Shown here one piece after another: positions 20,730-32,551 of a stretch of 64,000 bases of DNA; positions within the stretch are counted from its first letter, which is position 1, and the number at the start of each line of letters is the position of its first letter. The translations under genes and the position numbers were made by a program. The notes below the pieces were generated by a model. The model saw only the letters and a program-made list of their open reading frames with translations, made no database searches and was not told where the DNA came from. The DNA is from Trichomonas gallinae (Eukaryota), in the NCBI GenBank assembly GCA_008369845.1, contig MRSU01004894.1, positions 1 to 64,000 on the forward strand, in the 5' to 3' direction.

Positions 20730-23168
20730 TCATATGGTTGTGTTAAATAGTTCATTTATTGGTTCAACGTCTTCTGTCTTCTTCTTTTTTTGGATCATGA
20801 TTGCGATGATAATAACTACAATAATAACCAATGCCGAGATAATAACACCAGGCAGTCATTTAATGTTTTTGCCATTATCGGGTTTTTCTTGATCATCAGG
20901 AGTATCATGCTCGTAATCATAGTTAACACCATCTTTTTCGTCGAGTTTGTCTTCTGGCCATGACCATATCGACTCATTTGGCGGATTTTCGACGATGAAT
21001 TCCATAGTGTTCATGTATAATTCGCTGCATGCAGGATCTTTGTTTGCTATTCCTATAACAGATTCATTATTTATCTGAACAAAAATAGGCTGTGTCCAAA
21101 CATATTCGTTATCTATGAGTTCGTCATTTTTGTGTAAACATAGAAACCTTTCCTTTGAGATTAAATCTGAGACTATAGTTGCCATTTCCATCGAAATAAT
21201 GATTGAATGCCGCAACTATTTTGACTGGATAATTTGGTTCTTGATATCTGCTCAAAAACATTGTTTCTCCTGTTTGTGATAACTCTGCTCTGAACTCTGC
21301 CGATTCTTTCGTAATTGATCCAGAAGTCTGTCGCCCTTAGAAAATCCCCACTTCTTGTTTTTGTCATGTGTTGTTTTATCTTCTATTCTGTCAAATTTAG
21401 GCAAATTAGAAAACTGATTGATTGAAGTTATAACAAAATTCTTTGTCAATGATTTGACTGCATTTGAATCAAAGATATTAGAAGCAATGGAAATTCTTAT
21501 TTTTTGTTGTCCTGTTAACATGAATGACGAAGAAATCGTAGTCATTGGTGAAATCGATTTCGACGCCTTTCTTAACATCACAGTCAGCAATTGAAATTTT
21601 TGTTTCTCCTTTTAGTTTCATGCCGAAGTATCCATACTCCATGTTATTTTCTGTCCCATGCCATGAAGCAAACACCTTTCATATATTCATCCATAACATC
21701 AATGTCTGGGCATCTCTTGAGTATTTTGCCTAATGCATCTTTGAGAATAGGATTTGGTTCATAACTGATTCTGTTGCCTTTGACAATTGGATTAAAATCA
21801 ACATCGAGGTTTCTTCTGTATTGTACATATAATGACGTCAATCTTCCCATTTCTGTGTTGTATTTATATCTTGGGTCTGTTTCGTTGCTAGCGGCTTCTA
21901 CTGCGAAAATCTCATATCCAGTTCATGTGATCGAAGCTACTGTTCAATATGGGCTTTCTTTCCATAATAACCTATGCAGAAATTATCTCTTACCCATTTC
22001 TCGTTTTCATTTGGATTCCACAATAATTTGGGGAAATATGCCCTGAATTCTGTCATGTCATTATGATATCTAGGACTTATCGCATTATCTGTTCTATTAT
22101 ATGCATTTGTTCCCGACTTATTCATGAATCTTATATTTTCAGGGATAACGTGATAGTTCGGGTGGAATCCCATAGGATTGTTGAAGTTGCATATATAGTC
22201 CCACCAAGCTAAATGTTTTGAGATGTTCGCCCACATTTGAACCCATGTATAGAAATATATTGTTTCCAATGATGTTGAATTATAATCGGATGCGTTGAGT
22301 TTAATCCGAGGCATGCAATGCGAACGACTACATTAGGATGTGCTTTGATCTCTTTACCGCATGGTGCCTGCAATGTTTGCAAATAAGCCCACGTTCTGAG
22401 GAAAATTTACGTATAAAATTCTTCCGAGAGTCTGTTGACGAATTTTAGATTGACATCAGCATAGCGACCTTTGTTAAGAGCTGCCTTGGCCTTGCAGTTT
22501 TCGCACTGGCACCCGTATGGAACGTCATTGTGGCTCACTTCGACGTAATAAGGCTCTGGATACTTTTCAATCGGATAATCCTCTTTTTTTTCATTAATGT
22601 TGCAAAAGATTCTTAGCTTCAATAGTCTGGTGTGTTTCCTCCGTATTAAGAGTCTAAGGCATCATTCAACTTTAGATGGAAGTATTGATCTGGCTATGTC
22701 CATTTCAGAATTGTAAATTCCGCGATAGAAAAATTTTGCAAGGAATTTGATGTTGGCATCCTCTGATATTGAGAACTCATCACTTTGTGGAAAGATATGC
22801 ATCCATGAAGAGTAGAATCTGACGCTTGCAAAACGTTCAAATACTTCGAGACAACCAAAAAGTGTTTCTTTGTTTGTAGTTCCTATTATAACCAAGTCAT
22901 TGTTGTTAAATCTTATCTCATATCCATTCTTTTCGCGTTCAAACTCAGTAATCGTCGCTTTAGGTGAATATTTTGTTTTCCAATGAAAATTGCTTTTGTT
23001 GGCTATGACTCGTTATCCTGGACTATATCTAAGTCTTGGAATTTTTTGGTAATTCTGAATCTTTCGTTTCTGTCGTTTTCATTGTATGGGATAACTATTT
23101 TGTAGTTGCTGTTCTGTGAGATGATGATCTATGAAGCTCCCAGACAGAAAGAAAAAAATTGTAAACAT
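20730..23168 (-). pseudogene. Fragmented DUF4838-domain (putative glycoside-hydrolase-like) type I membrane protein pseudogene
   Basis: Collinear minus-strand fragments in shifting frames: MFTIFFFL (23168), YKIVIP, GYEIRF..ETLFGCLEVFERFASVRFYS, FFYRG, VSHND..CQCENC..KFVNRL, AYLQTLQAP..NVVVRIA, WDY..NF..HPN, TEFRAY..KLLWNP, GYYG; a TM segment LPGVIISALVIIVVIIIAIMIQKRRR follows an in-frame TGA at 20856. Confidence 0.8.
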
Positions 23169-23404
23169 TATTTTGTCACTTTTCGACATTAAAAAACTGA
23201 CAATTCAACGGCGAAACTGTGAAAATTTTTAAAGTTTTGCTTTATTTATTTATTGGCATTGAAACGGTTTAAAAACAACTTATAGACTTCATTTCAGTAT
23301 GGAATAAGCAAAAATAATCACAAATGAATGAATTTTATCAATGATATATTTTGAATATTCATTCTTTTATATGAAACCATTCAATATTCATACTTACTTC
23401 ACTG

Positions 23405-23600
23405 AAAAATATGTTCTGTTCAATTAAATCATATATTGCAACGTTTCATGGAAATTTATTTTGAAATTTCAATCTTTTAAATGAAATCTTTCATTTGTTA
23501 GGCCAGTATTACTCAAAACTATGTTCTATCCAATTATATCATATATTGCATCAACTGTTAAAAATTGATTTTGGAATTCCATTCCTTTAACTAAAATTCT
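23405..23600. repeat. Two diverged direct copies, ~110-bp period
   Basis: tatgttct..caatta.atcatatattgca at 23410 and 23520, with similar downstream sequence. Confidence 0.7.
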
Positions 23601-24327
23601 AGGTTACTTAAACTTTTTGTCAGATAAAATTAGTAAATGTAAATTTAAACTATGTATTGCAATAGATTATATTTATTTTGATAATTTTTCATGTTGGAAT
23701 CCGCTCAATTCTGGAAAATCCTTAGAAATATACAATATTTGTCGAGAGTGATTATGTTTCCTTGAATATCAAACAAGAAATTAGCAAATAATATACAAGT
23801 ATTCCCAAAGTTTGGAAACATCACTCTACACGATAGTATATTGTTAAGCATGTGTGATAAGGAATAAAGATAATTTTTTACTCAGCGAATAAAAATTTTT
23901 AATTTTTTCAAGAGCAATATTAGCAAAACTCATAGTATTTGTTTTAATTCAATGGATATCAATGTTTTGAGTTATTCCCGAAGTCAAAATCATGAAATTT
24001 AATGTAAATTTTCAAAATAATGATTTTAAGCTTGGAGATTTGGATTTCTAGCATTATAAATTCAATAGAATCATTATATTTCATTCCAAAAATGTTCAAA
24101 TCGATCATAAAATTTCAAAATTACATCTGCTTGAAAATTGAGCGACGTAAAACGAAAATTTCGCGTTTGCACAGCAAATATATAACAGAAATATATCCGT
24201 TGAAAGCTAATTAAATGATTTTTGTAAAATCGATTTATCTTTTGATTCTGTCGAAAGTGAGATTATAAACAGCTTATGTGTCGATTGATTTACATGTTTA
24301 CATTGTAAAATTAACCAAAAAAAAATT

Positions 24328-26409
24328 ATGGGGATTAATGTCAGCCAAGCTGCCCAAAACGGCAAATTGGCAGTGCAAAAGAACGTTAATGCACCTGAAT
24401 CTCTTATATCCCCTGATTTAACTGAAGCAGATCCTTATCTAACAATGAAATCTGATCTAAAAGTTCTTTTGTGGCCAATAAAAACAATACCACACAAGAC
24501 GAGAATGAGGGCCATATACAACTATTCGCATTTTTCTACTCCAGTTGTCACTTCTCAAATAAAATTGCCAAATGCAGAAGAAATCACGATTAAATATTCT
24601 CAAATTGCAATATCACGATTTGGAAAGGGTAGAGTACTGTGTATAGGTCACATATCCGTCCTTATTTCAAGCACTCCCGATAGAGAAGATTACGTAATTT
24701 TTTTAGAAAAAGTTTTGCGTTGGTCAGGTGGCCCAAAACCAACGACAAGAATGCTGTGTATGCTGAAAGTAGACGAAGTCTATCATGATGCACTTAAAAA
24801 TAACATGGAAGGACTTGGATACGGAATTTATTTCGAAGAGAGACTCGAAAATTACAGTAATAACTCTATTATCCTAATACAGAGCAACTATAAATACGAT
24901 AAAAGAATAATAGAATTCGTGAATAACGGAGGAGGATTAATTGTTGTTGGAGTTGATGATGCAACACTAAAAATCAACAAAGTTTTGTCTAAATTCGGTT
25001 TAAATTTCCTCGAAGTTCCACATGAGTTCGTAGATGATAACTCAAAAGATGATATAATTCCTCAAAAAGAAATTAAACAGCTTCAGGATGCAGGATTGGA
25101 CACGCACATACGTGTTTTCCAACAACTGTACCAGGAAAAACCCGATGCACTTGATGCAATTGATTTATTATCAAAAATAATTATTCAAGAAATTCATTCG
25201 TCAAGAGCAATTACTATATCATATTCACGTGATATTTTAGAAATATTTGGCCCAATCTTGATGGACATACAACAAAAGAGCGGCAAAATCTATGGAAATT
25301 CGAGAATATCAATAATTTTAACAAATTTAGTTGTTCAGTGCCTTGTTCTTATGCCAATCAATATATTTCAGAATTATGATTTTTCATCGAGGTTTGTTGG
25401 CCGGTCTATGAGTCCCGATTGCGAAAAAATCAGCGTTAATTTAATTTTTAATGATTCAGGTTGGTTTCAGACTGGAGCATGGCTACAGCCTGGATATAAG
25501 TGCCAAATTGTATTTGAAACTCGAGTACCAGCCTGCGAAGTCATTGTTGGATGTCATACTTTTAATGCAATCAATAATTCGCCACCTTGGAAGCGTTTTC
25601 CACTTATTTCATTCAGAAAAAGGGTTTCTGATAGAATATTTGATATTTCCACACCATATGGAGGAATGATTTTTATCAAACCTCTTTCTCTTGAAAAAAT
25701 CGACACCAAACCTATAAAAATGAGTTTATCGGATGTAGTCCATTATCCAATTGTTAATGTTGGGAAGACAGAAAGCGCCAAAAACATAATAATCAAAGAA
25801 ATTCCTTGGGGCGAATACGTGACAAAAAATTGCGTTTTTTGCTGCAGAACAGAGCACATTGTTCAGATAGACAACCACGATGCACAAATGGCCTTCATAG
25901 ATGGACTCATTGGTAATGTCATTAATTACTCGGGATACACAGATAAAAGAAAATTCAGGATTGTTTTCGACATCGAATTTCCGCAAAGATTTACTAATGA
26001 TTATCCAATAACACTAGATCTAAATCTCGTGAAAATCCTGCTGCATTCAAGAGTTTGTTCGCAGGAGTTGTTTGATACAATAGCGAGAGTCTCATATCTA
26101 GCTGTTGCTGATGTAGGTTTTGATGACAAACTTCATCTCACTGTCGCTTATTTTGTTACTTTCTGCACTTTCTTTCAGACTTTTGGCAATGAAGAAGCCA
26201 GGAAAATGAAGTGTGGTTCTCCTGGATACAGTGAAATGGTGACATATTTAGCTACAAATGTCTTAATTTTCACCCAGGCGATGATGCACGCGAGAAAAGC
26301 GAAAGAAAAAACACCAACAGATCAATTCTTGACGAGTTTGGAAGTCAATGGAGGAATCAGTCTCAACGCACCTGAACTCAACAGAATCAATTATAGAATA
26401 TTTTCATAA
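24328..26409 (+). CDS. M60-like/TCAF-family protein lacking HEXXH
   Basis: GKGRVLCIGH, FVNNGGGL, GWFQTGAWLQPG, ISTPYGGMIFI, IPWGEY, FRIVFDI..YPI; no HEXXH downstream. Confidence 0.8.
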   Translation: MGINVSQAAQNGKLAVQKNVNAPESLISPDLTEADPYLTMKSDLKVLLWPIKTIPHKTRMRAIYNYSHFSTPVVTSQIKLPNAEEITIKYSQIAISRFGKGRVLCIGHISVLISSTPDREDYVIFLEKVLRWSGGPKPTTRMLCMLKVDEVYHDALKNNMEGLGYGIYFEERLENYSNNSIILIQSNYKYDKRIIEFVNNGGGLIVVGVDDATLKINKVLSKFGLNFLEVPHEFVDDNSKDDIIPQKEIKQLQDAGLDTHIRVFQQLYQEKPDALDAIDLLSKIIIQEIHSSRAITISYSRDILEIFGPILMDIQQKSGKIYGNSRISIILTNLVVQCLVLMPINIFQNYDFSSRFVGRSMSPDCEKISVNLIFNDSGWFQTGAWLQPGYKCQIVFETRVPACEVIVGCHTFNAINNSPPWKRFPLISFRKRVSDRIFDISTPYGGMIFIKPLSLEKIDTKPIKMSLSDVVHYPIVNVGKTESAKNIIIKEIPWGEYVTKNCVFCCRTEHIVQIDNHDAQMAFIDGLIGNVINYSGYTDKRKFRIVFDIEFPQRFTNDYPITLDLNLVKILLHSRVCSQELFDTIARVSYLAVADVGFDDKLHLTVAYFVTFCTFFQTFGNEEARKMKCGSPGYSEMVTYLATNVLIFTQAMMHARKAKEKTPTDQFLTSLEVNGGISLNAPELNRINYRIFS

Positions 26410-26784
26410 CTATTATACTATAATTCTTGTTCACTCAAAATTCTTTTGTCGCAAACTTGATTATAAGTATCGTTTAAAGTCAATATAATTGGAAATCAAG
26501 CAATTGAAAGTGATCAAGAACATATATATTATTTTGTTTGTATTTTAAATTTTCCATCTTTGGATTTAAATTTTTTTACCACCATTATCATGAAAATCAA
26601 AACATCTCTTTATATTATTGGTGAAGAATAAAAAAGAGAATTTATACATGATTATAACAATGAATAAAACTAGAAATCTCAAAACAATTGCTGAATTTTC
26701 AATCAAAAACAATAATTTCCACTTTGCTTGAATCATAAAAGAATATGGTGTAAACAGCAATTATACTTATAGAATCCCCAATAA

Positions 26785-27022
26785 TTCTGAGTTTACTAGA
26801 TTTCTTCTCAAAATTCCGCGTTTAAACTTTGATACATCTTTGATCCTTGCTTACCAATTTGGTTATTATGAGTCAATCAAACTCCTTCTCACAGTTCCTG
26901 GAATAAATGTCAACACAAAAGACAATGAAAACTGGACAGCTTTGATTTGCGCTTCAGGAAATGGTCATCATGAAATTGTCAAACTCTTTCTCACAGTTCC
27001 TGGAATCGATGTAAAAATTTAA
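26785..27022 (+). pseudogene. Ankyrin-repeat gene relic (~2 repeats, no ATG)
   Basis: LILAYQFGYYESIKLLLTVPGINVNTKDNENWTALICASGNGHHEIVKLFLTVPGIDV*; the ORF-track start is TTG and the repeat array stops abruptly. Confidence 0.75.
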
Positions 27023-27233
27023 TCGTGATGTTATAATCAATAAAGAAAAGATTTTTATAGCTAAATATCATCATTAGGTGATGCAATTCTTCATTTATTA
27101 TTCTCAACATAGAGGATTTAATGTTTAGATTAGGAAATTTAATTCTAAAATTGATGACTCTACTTATTGTTTTTGCAATTTTTTTTTTTTTTTTTTTTAT
27201 GTGCTAAACTCTATTTTTATTTCATAAAAAAAA

Positions 27234-28259
27234 TCACTGTTCTTTCTTGAATAAATTGATCTTGAATGATCTTATCAGCTGTATGACGAAGTAAACAATT
27301 CTACCGACAATAAGTATAAGAAGTAAAACAGCTAATCCAATCCAGTAGTTCTCGTAAATATGTTCATCGTCAACAACAACAGAAAGAACAGTAACAAACC
27401 AGGGAAGAAGCAAGTCAAGGTTGAGCTTGTCTGGACTCGATGGAGTGACAATCTGTTGTATGCAAAGCCTGACGTCGAGGTAAACAAGTGAAAGAATCAA
27501 AGAGAAATAGTAGAAAATATTTCTTTCGAATTGTCCGAAGAAAATTGGGACAACGAAAACAATAATATTAAGATAGAGTGGATAAATAGTGAGAAGGGAC
27601 CTGATTCTTGTCATTTCACTCTTAAAGAAGCCAGGAAGAACGTCATTTGTGTTCAATATAATCTTAACAAGCACAAATACAGCAATCGCGAAAATAAGTA
27701 TGTATTGGATGAATCTAAAGCCAACAATTGGATGTAACAAGATCAAAAATATGAATATGTAGTTAAAATCTGAGGATAACAAAGAAAATGAGCGTTTGAT
27801 GTAATTCAGCCACAGATCATAATAGAATCCGAAGAGAACTAATACTGTAATGCCAACACGAACGAAATTGTTTGGATTTATTATGTTGAAATAAATTTGC
27901 GATAATAATGTAAATTGAATGCATTGGTAGGCTGTATCCATGAATATTATTGATGCTTTGTACTCTGAATTGCTATTAAACTGTCTTATAGAAATATCAT
28001 TCAAAAGTTGAAAGAAAATCGATATAATTGAATACAAAAATCCCATAAAGAACAGTAATATACGCGATTTAATAACTGTTGAAAGAATATAAATGAGAAT
28101 TGAGAAAGATAAGCTGAAAATAAACCAAGCAGAAGGATTTACGATGTAATTTGTTGATGCTGTGATGGATTTCATTGTATCAGAACCTCGAAATGATAGT
28201 TTTGGATCATCAATCTTGATTTTTCTCGCAGCGGCCAAAGATGAGATTTCAAGCTGCAT
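27234..28259 (-). CDS. Multi-pass membrane protein, degenerate CDP-alcohol phosphotransferase (CEPT-like)
   Basis: About 9-10 hydrophobic segments; FFQLLNDISIRQFNSNSEYKASIIFMDTAYQ sits where CEPT has YQTLDAxDGKQARRxxxxSPLGELFDHGCD. Confidence 0.55.
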   Translation of the reverse strand: MQLEISSLAAARKIKIDDPKLSFRGSDTMKSITASTNYIVNPSAWFIFSLSFSILIYILSTVIKSRILLFFMGFLYSIISIFFQLLNDISIRQFNSNSEYKASIIFMDTAYQCIQFTLLSQIYFNIINPNNFVRVGITVLVLFGFYYDLWLNYIKRSFSLLSSDFNYIFIFLILLHPIVGFRFIQYILIFAIAVFVLVKIILNTNDVLPGFFKSEMTRIRSLLTIYPLYLNIIVFVVPIFFGQFERNIFYYFSLILSLVYLDVRLCIQQIVTPSSPDKLNLDLLLPWFVTVLSVVVDDEHIYENYWIGLAVLLLILIVGRIVYFVIQLIRSFKINLFKKEQ

Positions 28260-28782
28260 TTTTATTAAATGAAAAACATGCCCTTTCCATATACTACACT
28301 TTCCTCATTGAAAATCGATTTATTTTGGTTTTTTCATAATCTAATATTTATCAAATTCTAATCATGAATAAATCAAGATTTAGTATCTGATCTAACCACA
28401 TATGAGAATTATTTACTTCATTTCTTGAATACTCATTATAGAATTTTATAATTCGATATTATTTGATCAAAACTAAAATATATCAGCTAATCTCAGTATT
28501 ATATGTTATGAATTCTATTCTTCTACAATTTTCTCGTGTACTTATATTCGATTATCGCTAAAAATTATCTTGATCATTAAATGAATTTTGAAGTTTGATG
28601 CATAATCTATATATTTATGCTAATGAATAGATTATGTTAATGTAAATAAATTACAGTATAATAGTTTAAACTATTACTTTCATAATTTGATGAAAATCAA
28701 ATGAAAAAATCTTGAATAATGAGAAAAAAATCATTATATTAATAAAGAATATGTGTTTAATAACAAATATATATGATATAAA

Positions 28783-29910
28783 TCACTTCCTTCCTCTTGG
28801 ATTTGCTTTTGTTGGAGCTGGTTTCTTTGTTGGCGCTTTTCCTTTCGCAGAAGTTTTCTCTGATGCCGTAGAAGCAGGAGGAACAAAGTTAAAGTCGGCG
28901 ATTGCCTGTGGAAGTGGATTTATTTCACTTGTATCATTGACAATCAAAGTGTAAGTTGAATTCTCTGCTTCTGGAGGGATATTGATTGGTGGAAGTGTTG
29001 CAATACCCTTCTCTGTTGTAACAGTCATTGTTGTCTCGTTTGTGTTTGGATCTAACACGAAGAATTTCGGCTCTGTTGAAATTTGTTCGTTTTTCTTTGG
29101 TTTTGGCTGCTTCTTTTGTGGAGCATTGGGATCAATCCTGCCAATCTCAATCGTGAAGCTGAGAACACGGCCGCTTTCTCCATCACCTCCAGCAATCGAG
29201 ATCTGAATATTAGTGAGAACTGTGCCTGGAGTGAACGGCGGAAGCTCTGATATCGTGAGTTCTGTTGGATTGTATAAGCATTTGTCGTCTTTCCACTCTC
29301 CAATGACTGATAATCCGCTTGCTGCCCAAATCATTGTTCCTTGGCCCTGTTTGAGACCGTTAACGAAGTCTCCCTCGTAAACATCTCCATTTGCATAAAC
29401 CATTTTGCCTTTTCCTTCGATTCTGTTATCTACCCATTCGCCTTCGTATTTTTCTCCATTCGCATTTGTGTATTTTCCAAATCCATTTCGCTTGTGCCTC
29501 TCGAAATGGCCGGCATATTCCGTTCCATTCGGTAATGTTAATATTCCCTCGCCCGTTCTTTTATTATCTTTCCAATCTCCTACGTAAACTTCCCCTGAAA
29601 TGGCATCTGTGTACTTTCCCTTACCGCAGAATTCGCCACGTACGAACTCTCCTTCGTATACAGATCCGTTCGGGAAAACTCTCTTTCCATTTCCTGTCAT
29701 TTCGCCATCTTTGAAGTCTCCTTCATAGTAGCTGTTCTTGCCTATGAAAAACTTGCCGTGTCCTTCTTTCTTTCCTTGTTTCCAATCTCCAATGTACGAA
29801 AAAAGCGGATTTGCGTAGTTATACTGAGCGACACCATCCTTGTTGGGAGGGTGAACGAATTTCTCGCGTGGTCCATATTTTGCTATGACTGGCTGTTTTT
29901 CTTCAGTCAT
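28783..29910 (-). CDS. MORN-repeat protein, MORN1-like
   Basis: About 8 YxGxW/FxxGxxxGxG repeats; N-terminal PP.DG..Y.YAN..F.Y.G.WK.GKK.GHGK and downstream GESGRVL resemble animal MORN1 as I recall it. Confidence 0.88.
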   Translation of the reverse strand: MTEEKQPVIAKYGPREKFVHPPNKDGVAQYNYANPLFSYIGDWKQGKKEGHGKFFIGKNSYYEGDFKDGEMTGNGKRVFPNGSVYEGEFVRGEFCGKGKYTDAISGEVYVGDWKDNKRTGEGILTLPNGTEYAGHFERHKRNGFGKYTNANGEKYEGEWVDNRIEGKGKMVYANGDVYEGDFVNGLKQGQGTMIWAASGLSVIGEWKDDKCLYNPTELTISELPPFTPGTVLTNIQISIAGGDGESGRVLSFTIEIGRIDPNAPQKKQPKPKKNEQISTEPKFFVLDPNTNETTMTVTTEKGIATLPPINIPPEAENSTYTLIVNDTSEINPLPQAIADFNFVPPASTASEKTSAKGKAPTKKPAPTKANPRGRK

Positions 29911-30475
29911 TTTTATTATTAACGTGCAAGTTCTTTTTGATATCTGACACTTTACATGTCAACTTTCCTAAACAGCAGCAAATTCGCGATCGTGATACAT
30001 ATATCATCTATTGTCGTCTATTTGAAATAGAATTTTGTATTTTTATTATAATATAAAATATTTCAAATTTTAATTATTAAATAAAAATGAATTTCAGCAT
30101 TGCAGTTATATTTTAAGACTTGTAAATTAGTGGAATGTATTGATAAAATTGTTAAGAAAGCTATAAAAAAGCAAAGGAAATGAAAGAAAAAATATTTTTG
30201 ACATTGTAAAGTATTGATTTGACAAAATAAATATTTACAAGGCAAACTGAGAAAATGTTTTTTATTATTTTATTTGACCAACCAGATATACATCATATAT
30301 TGATTTCAAATTTATCATTAAAATGTATGATTTTGTTTCCTAACAAATCTGTCAAAAAACGAATTCTTAGAAAAATCGATGATAAAACTCACTTAGAGTT
30401 GTTTATCAACACGATGAAGTTTTGGCTGCAAAATTTTTATTTCTCACAAAAAATAATCGTTATCGTTCCAATCAA

Positions 30476-30670
30476 ATGGGAAACTTAACTCAAGGCTTGG
30501 TTATGGCCGGTGCACTCATCACCGTTGCCATCGTTTTCGCCTTCTTGTACTGCTTGTACATAGAGACATTCGAAAATAATACAGATAAGCCGAAGAAATC
30601 AGATAATGGGGTTAAAGATGAACTTGAAAACTCACAAGAATGCGAAATGCATGATTTAATGGATAAATAA
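30476..30670 (+). CDS. Small single-pass membrane protein (64 aa)
   Basis: ATG at 30476: MGNLTQGLVMAGALITVAIVFAFLYCLYI followed by a charged tail; coding-like GC in AT-rich surroundings. Confidence 0.55.
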   Translation: MGNLTQGLVMAGALITVAIVFAFLYCLYIETFENNTDKPKKSDNGVKDELENSQECEMHDLMDK

Positions 30671-31280
30671 AGCTAATGCAGATCTGTATTAGTTGTTTAC
30701 CTTTCAGTATACAAATAAACAATATAATTAGTAGCTAATCGCTTTCATTTTATCTTTTTGGACTCTATATTTATACATCATAGATATTCTACCTACGTTT
30801 TATTAAGTTGCTAATAAATTGCAGGATCGGAATAAAATAATATTTTTTGATGGATTAATAGTTGTCTATTGATTCATGATGAAACTCATATGTTTTGCGA
30901 GTCAAATGATATGTGCCAAAGATCTAAAATTCTTTGCTAAGAATTATATATAGAATATATTATATAAAGAATACTTTATGCATTTTGCATCAGATTAATG
31001 AACACAGTTACTATTAATGAACACTATAGTAGTTTTACTTTTTGCTAACAATATTTGTAATAATATCTAATAGTAACTGTGCGTTAGCAATGTTAGTACT
31101 GGGAAATAAGATTGAAATGAGAAAACATTGATTGCTTTGGATGCTTTAGTATCTACAAAGAATTTATTCAATTTGTGAGTTTTACATGTCAATGACAGAT
31201 CTGTCTTATTTTACATGGTATATTAATTCAATTTTTAATTTTACATGTCAAAAATCTTAAAATTTGCCAAAATTTTTTTC

Positions 31281-32027
31281 ATGTCGAATTTTATAACATT
31301 TCGAACATTATCAGGTCGACAAATTATGCTACCAACCCATAATTATCAAACATTTGCTGACTATAAAGAAGTACTGCAAAATAAATATCATCTTCCAAAA
31401 GATGATGTACAATTTTTGTACGGGTTAGATATTATTCCAGATAATAAACCTGTTTCAGAGTTAAAAATAGAAAGAAACGAATTTATTTTAATTCATCAAT
31501 CAGAATCATACTCACGTCCTTTAATTCGCGAAAATCAAATTAAATCTTATCCACGAGCTGCAAATTCTGGTTTTGAATCGTTTGAAAGTCACTATAAAAT
31601 CACAGATGATGAGCCTATAATAAGAGAAAAGGCTCATAAGCAAGAAGTTGGAATTTCAATATTGGAACAAGATCCAGCTGATTTCTTATTAATGGTTCAG
31701 AGACTTATCGAAATGGGTTACGAGCAAAACAAAGTTGTTACATTGCTTAGAAAATATAAATATAGTATCGAAAAAGTATTAGATATACTAATCAAAGGTG
31801 TTGAGCCTGAAGAAGCTCCAAAGGAGAGGGTTTATGATGTTTCTGCATTAAAGAATTATAATTTCGAAGAATTTTCAGAATTTCTTCAAGATCTCAATAA
31901 CTATGAGAAGCATTGTCTATTACAACTCCTTAGAGCACATACAAACATTCCACCGCCTGAACTTATTCAGCTTTATATCGCATGCGACAAAAACATGGAA
32001 GCTGTCGATCATAACATCACTGGATAA
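31281..32027 (+). CDS. Rad23-like UBL-UBA-UBA protein
   Basis: N-terminal ubiquitin-like ITFRTLSG..; UBA RLIEMGY; C-terminal LIQLYIACDKN resembles Rad23 UBA2; start taken at ATG 31281. Confidence 0.8.
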   Translation: MSNFITFRTLSGRQIMLPTHNYQTFADYKEVLQNKYHLPKDDVQFLYGLDIIPDNKPVSELKIERNEFILIHQSESYSRPLIRENQIKSYPRAANSGFESFESHYKITDDEPIIREKAHKQEVGISILEQDPADFLLMVQRLIEMGYEQNKVVTLLRKYKYSIEKVLDILIKGVEPEEAPKERVYDVSALKNYNFEEFSEFLQDLNNYEKHCLLQLLRAHTNIPPPELIQLYIACDKNMEAVDHNITG

Positions 32028-32551
32028 TGCTCATATCCAATATGTTTCAATAGATATATTATTTTTCATTCAAAACAAATGCATTTATATTCAAATTATT
32101 TTTGCGTTGTTTATGATTCATCATTTGTTTATTAATCTCTCATATTTGTAACCATTGAGATTTCTTTAGATCATACTAAATATTGTTGTTTTTATTTATA
32201 TTCTTACCGAGATGATCAGTCATTACATTAAAACTTGAGGATAATAAATGCATAGGCTTCTGAAAGTCAATAAGTATAATTAAATTATATATGATTAATG
32301 AATTGGTTAAATTATATATATTTTCAAAATATTGATTTTGATTCTATTTGACGAACAAAGATAAATTAGTTTCATGATATCTTTCATGCTAGAACTTGTT
32401 GACTATCTGGTATAATACCTAACCCATTCAAAAATGATTCTTTTCTAGAAAAATGACATGTAATTCGAATTTTGTCATGTAAATTTTAATTTTTGTCTCC
32501 CCTGCATAAAAATAATGTCCCCTCGATTTTTGTCCAAATTTAGTCACTTTT

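Noticed and set aside
20856..20858. In-frame TGA before the TM segment as readthrough or an alternative genetic code
   Set aside because: The locus has many other frameshifts and stops, and TGA terminates intact genes in the window (e.g. 27234, 28783, 39816)
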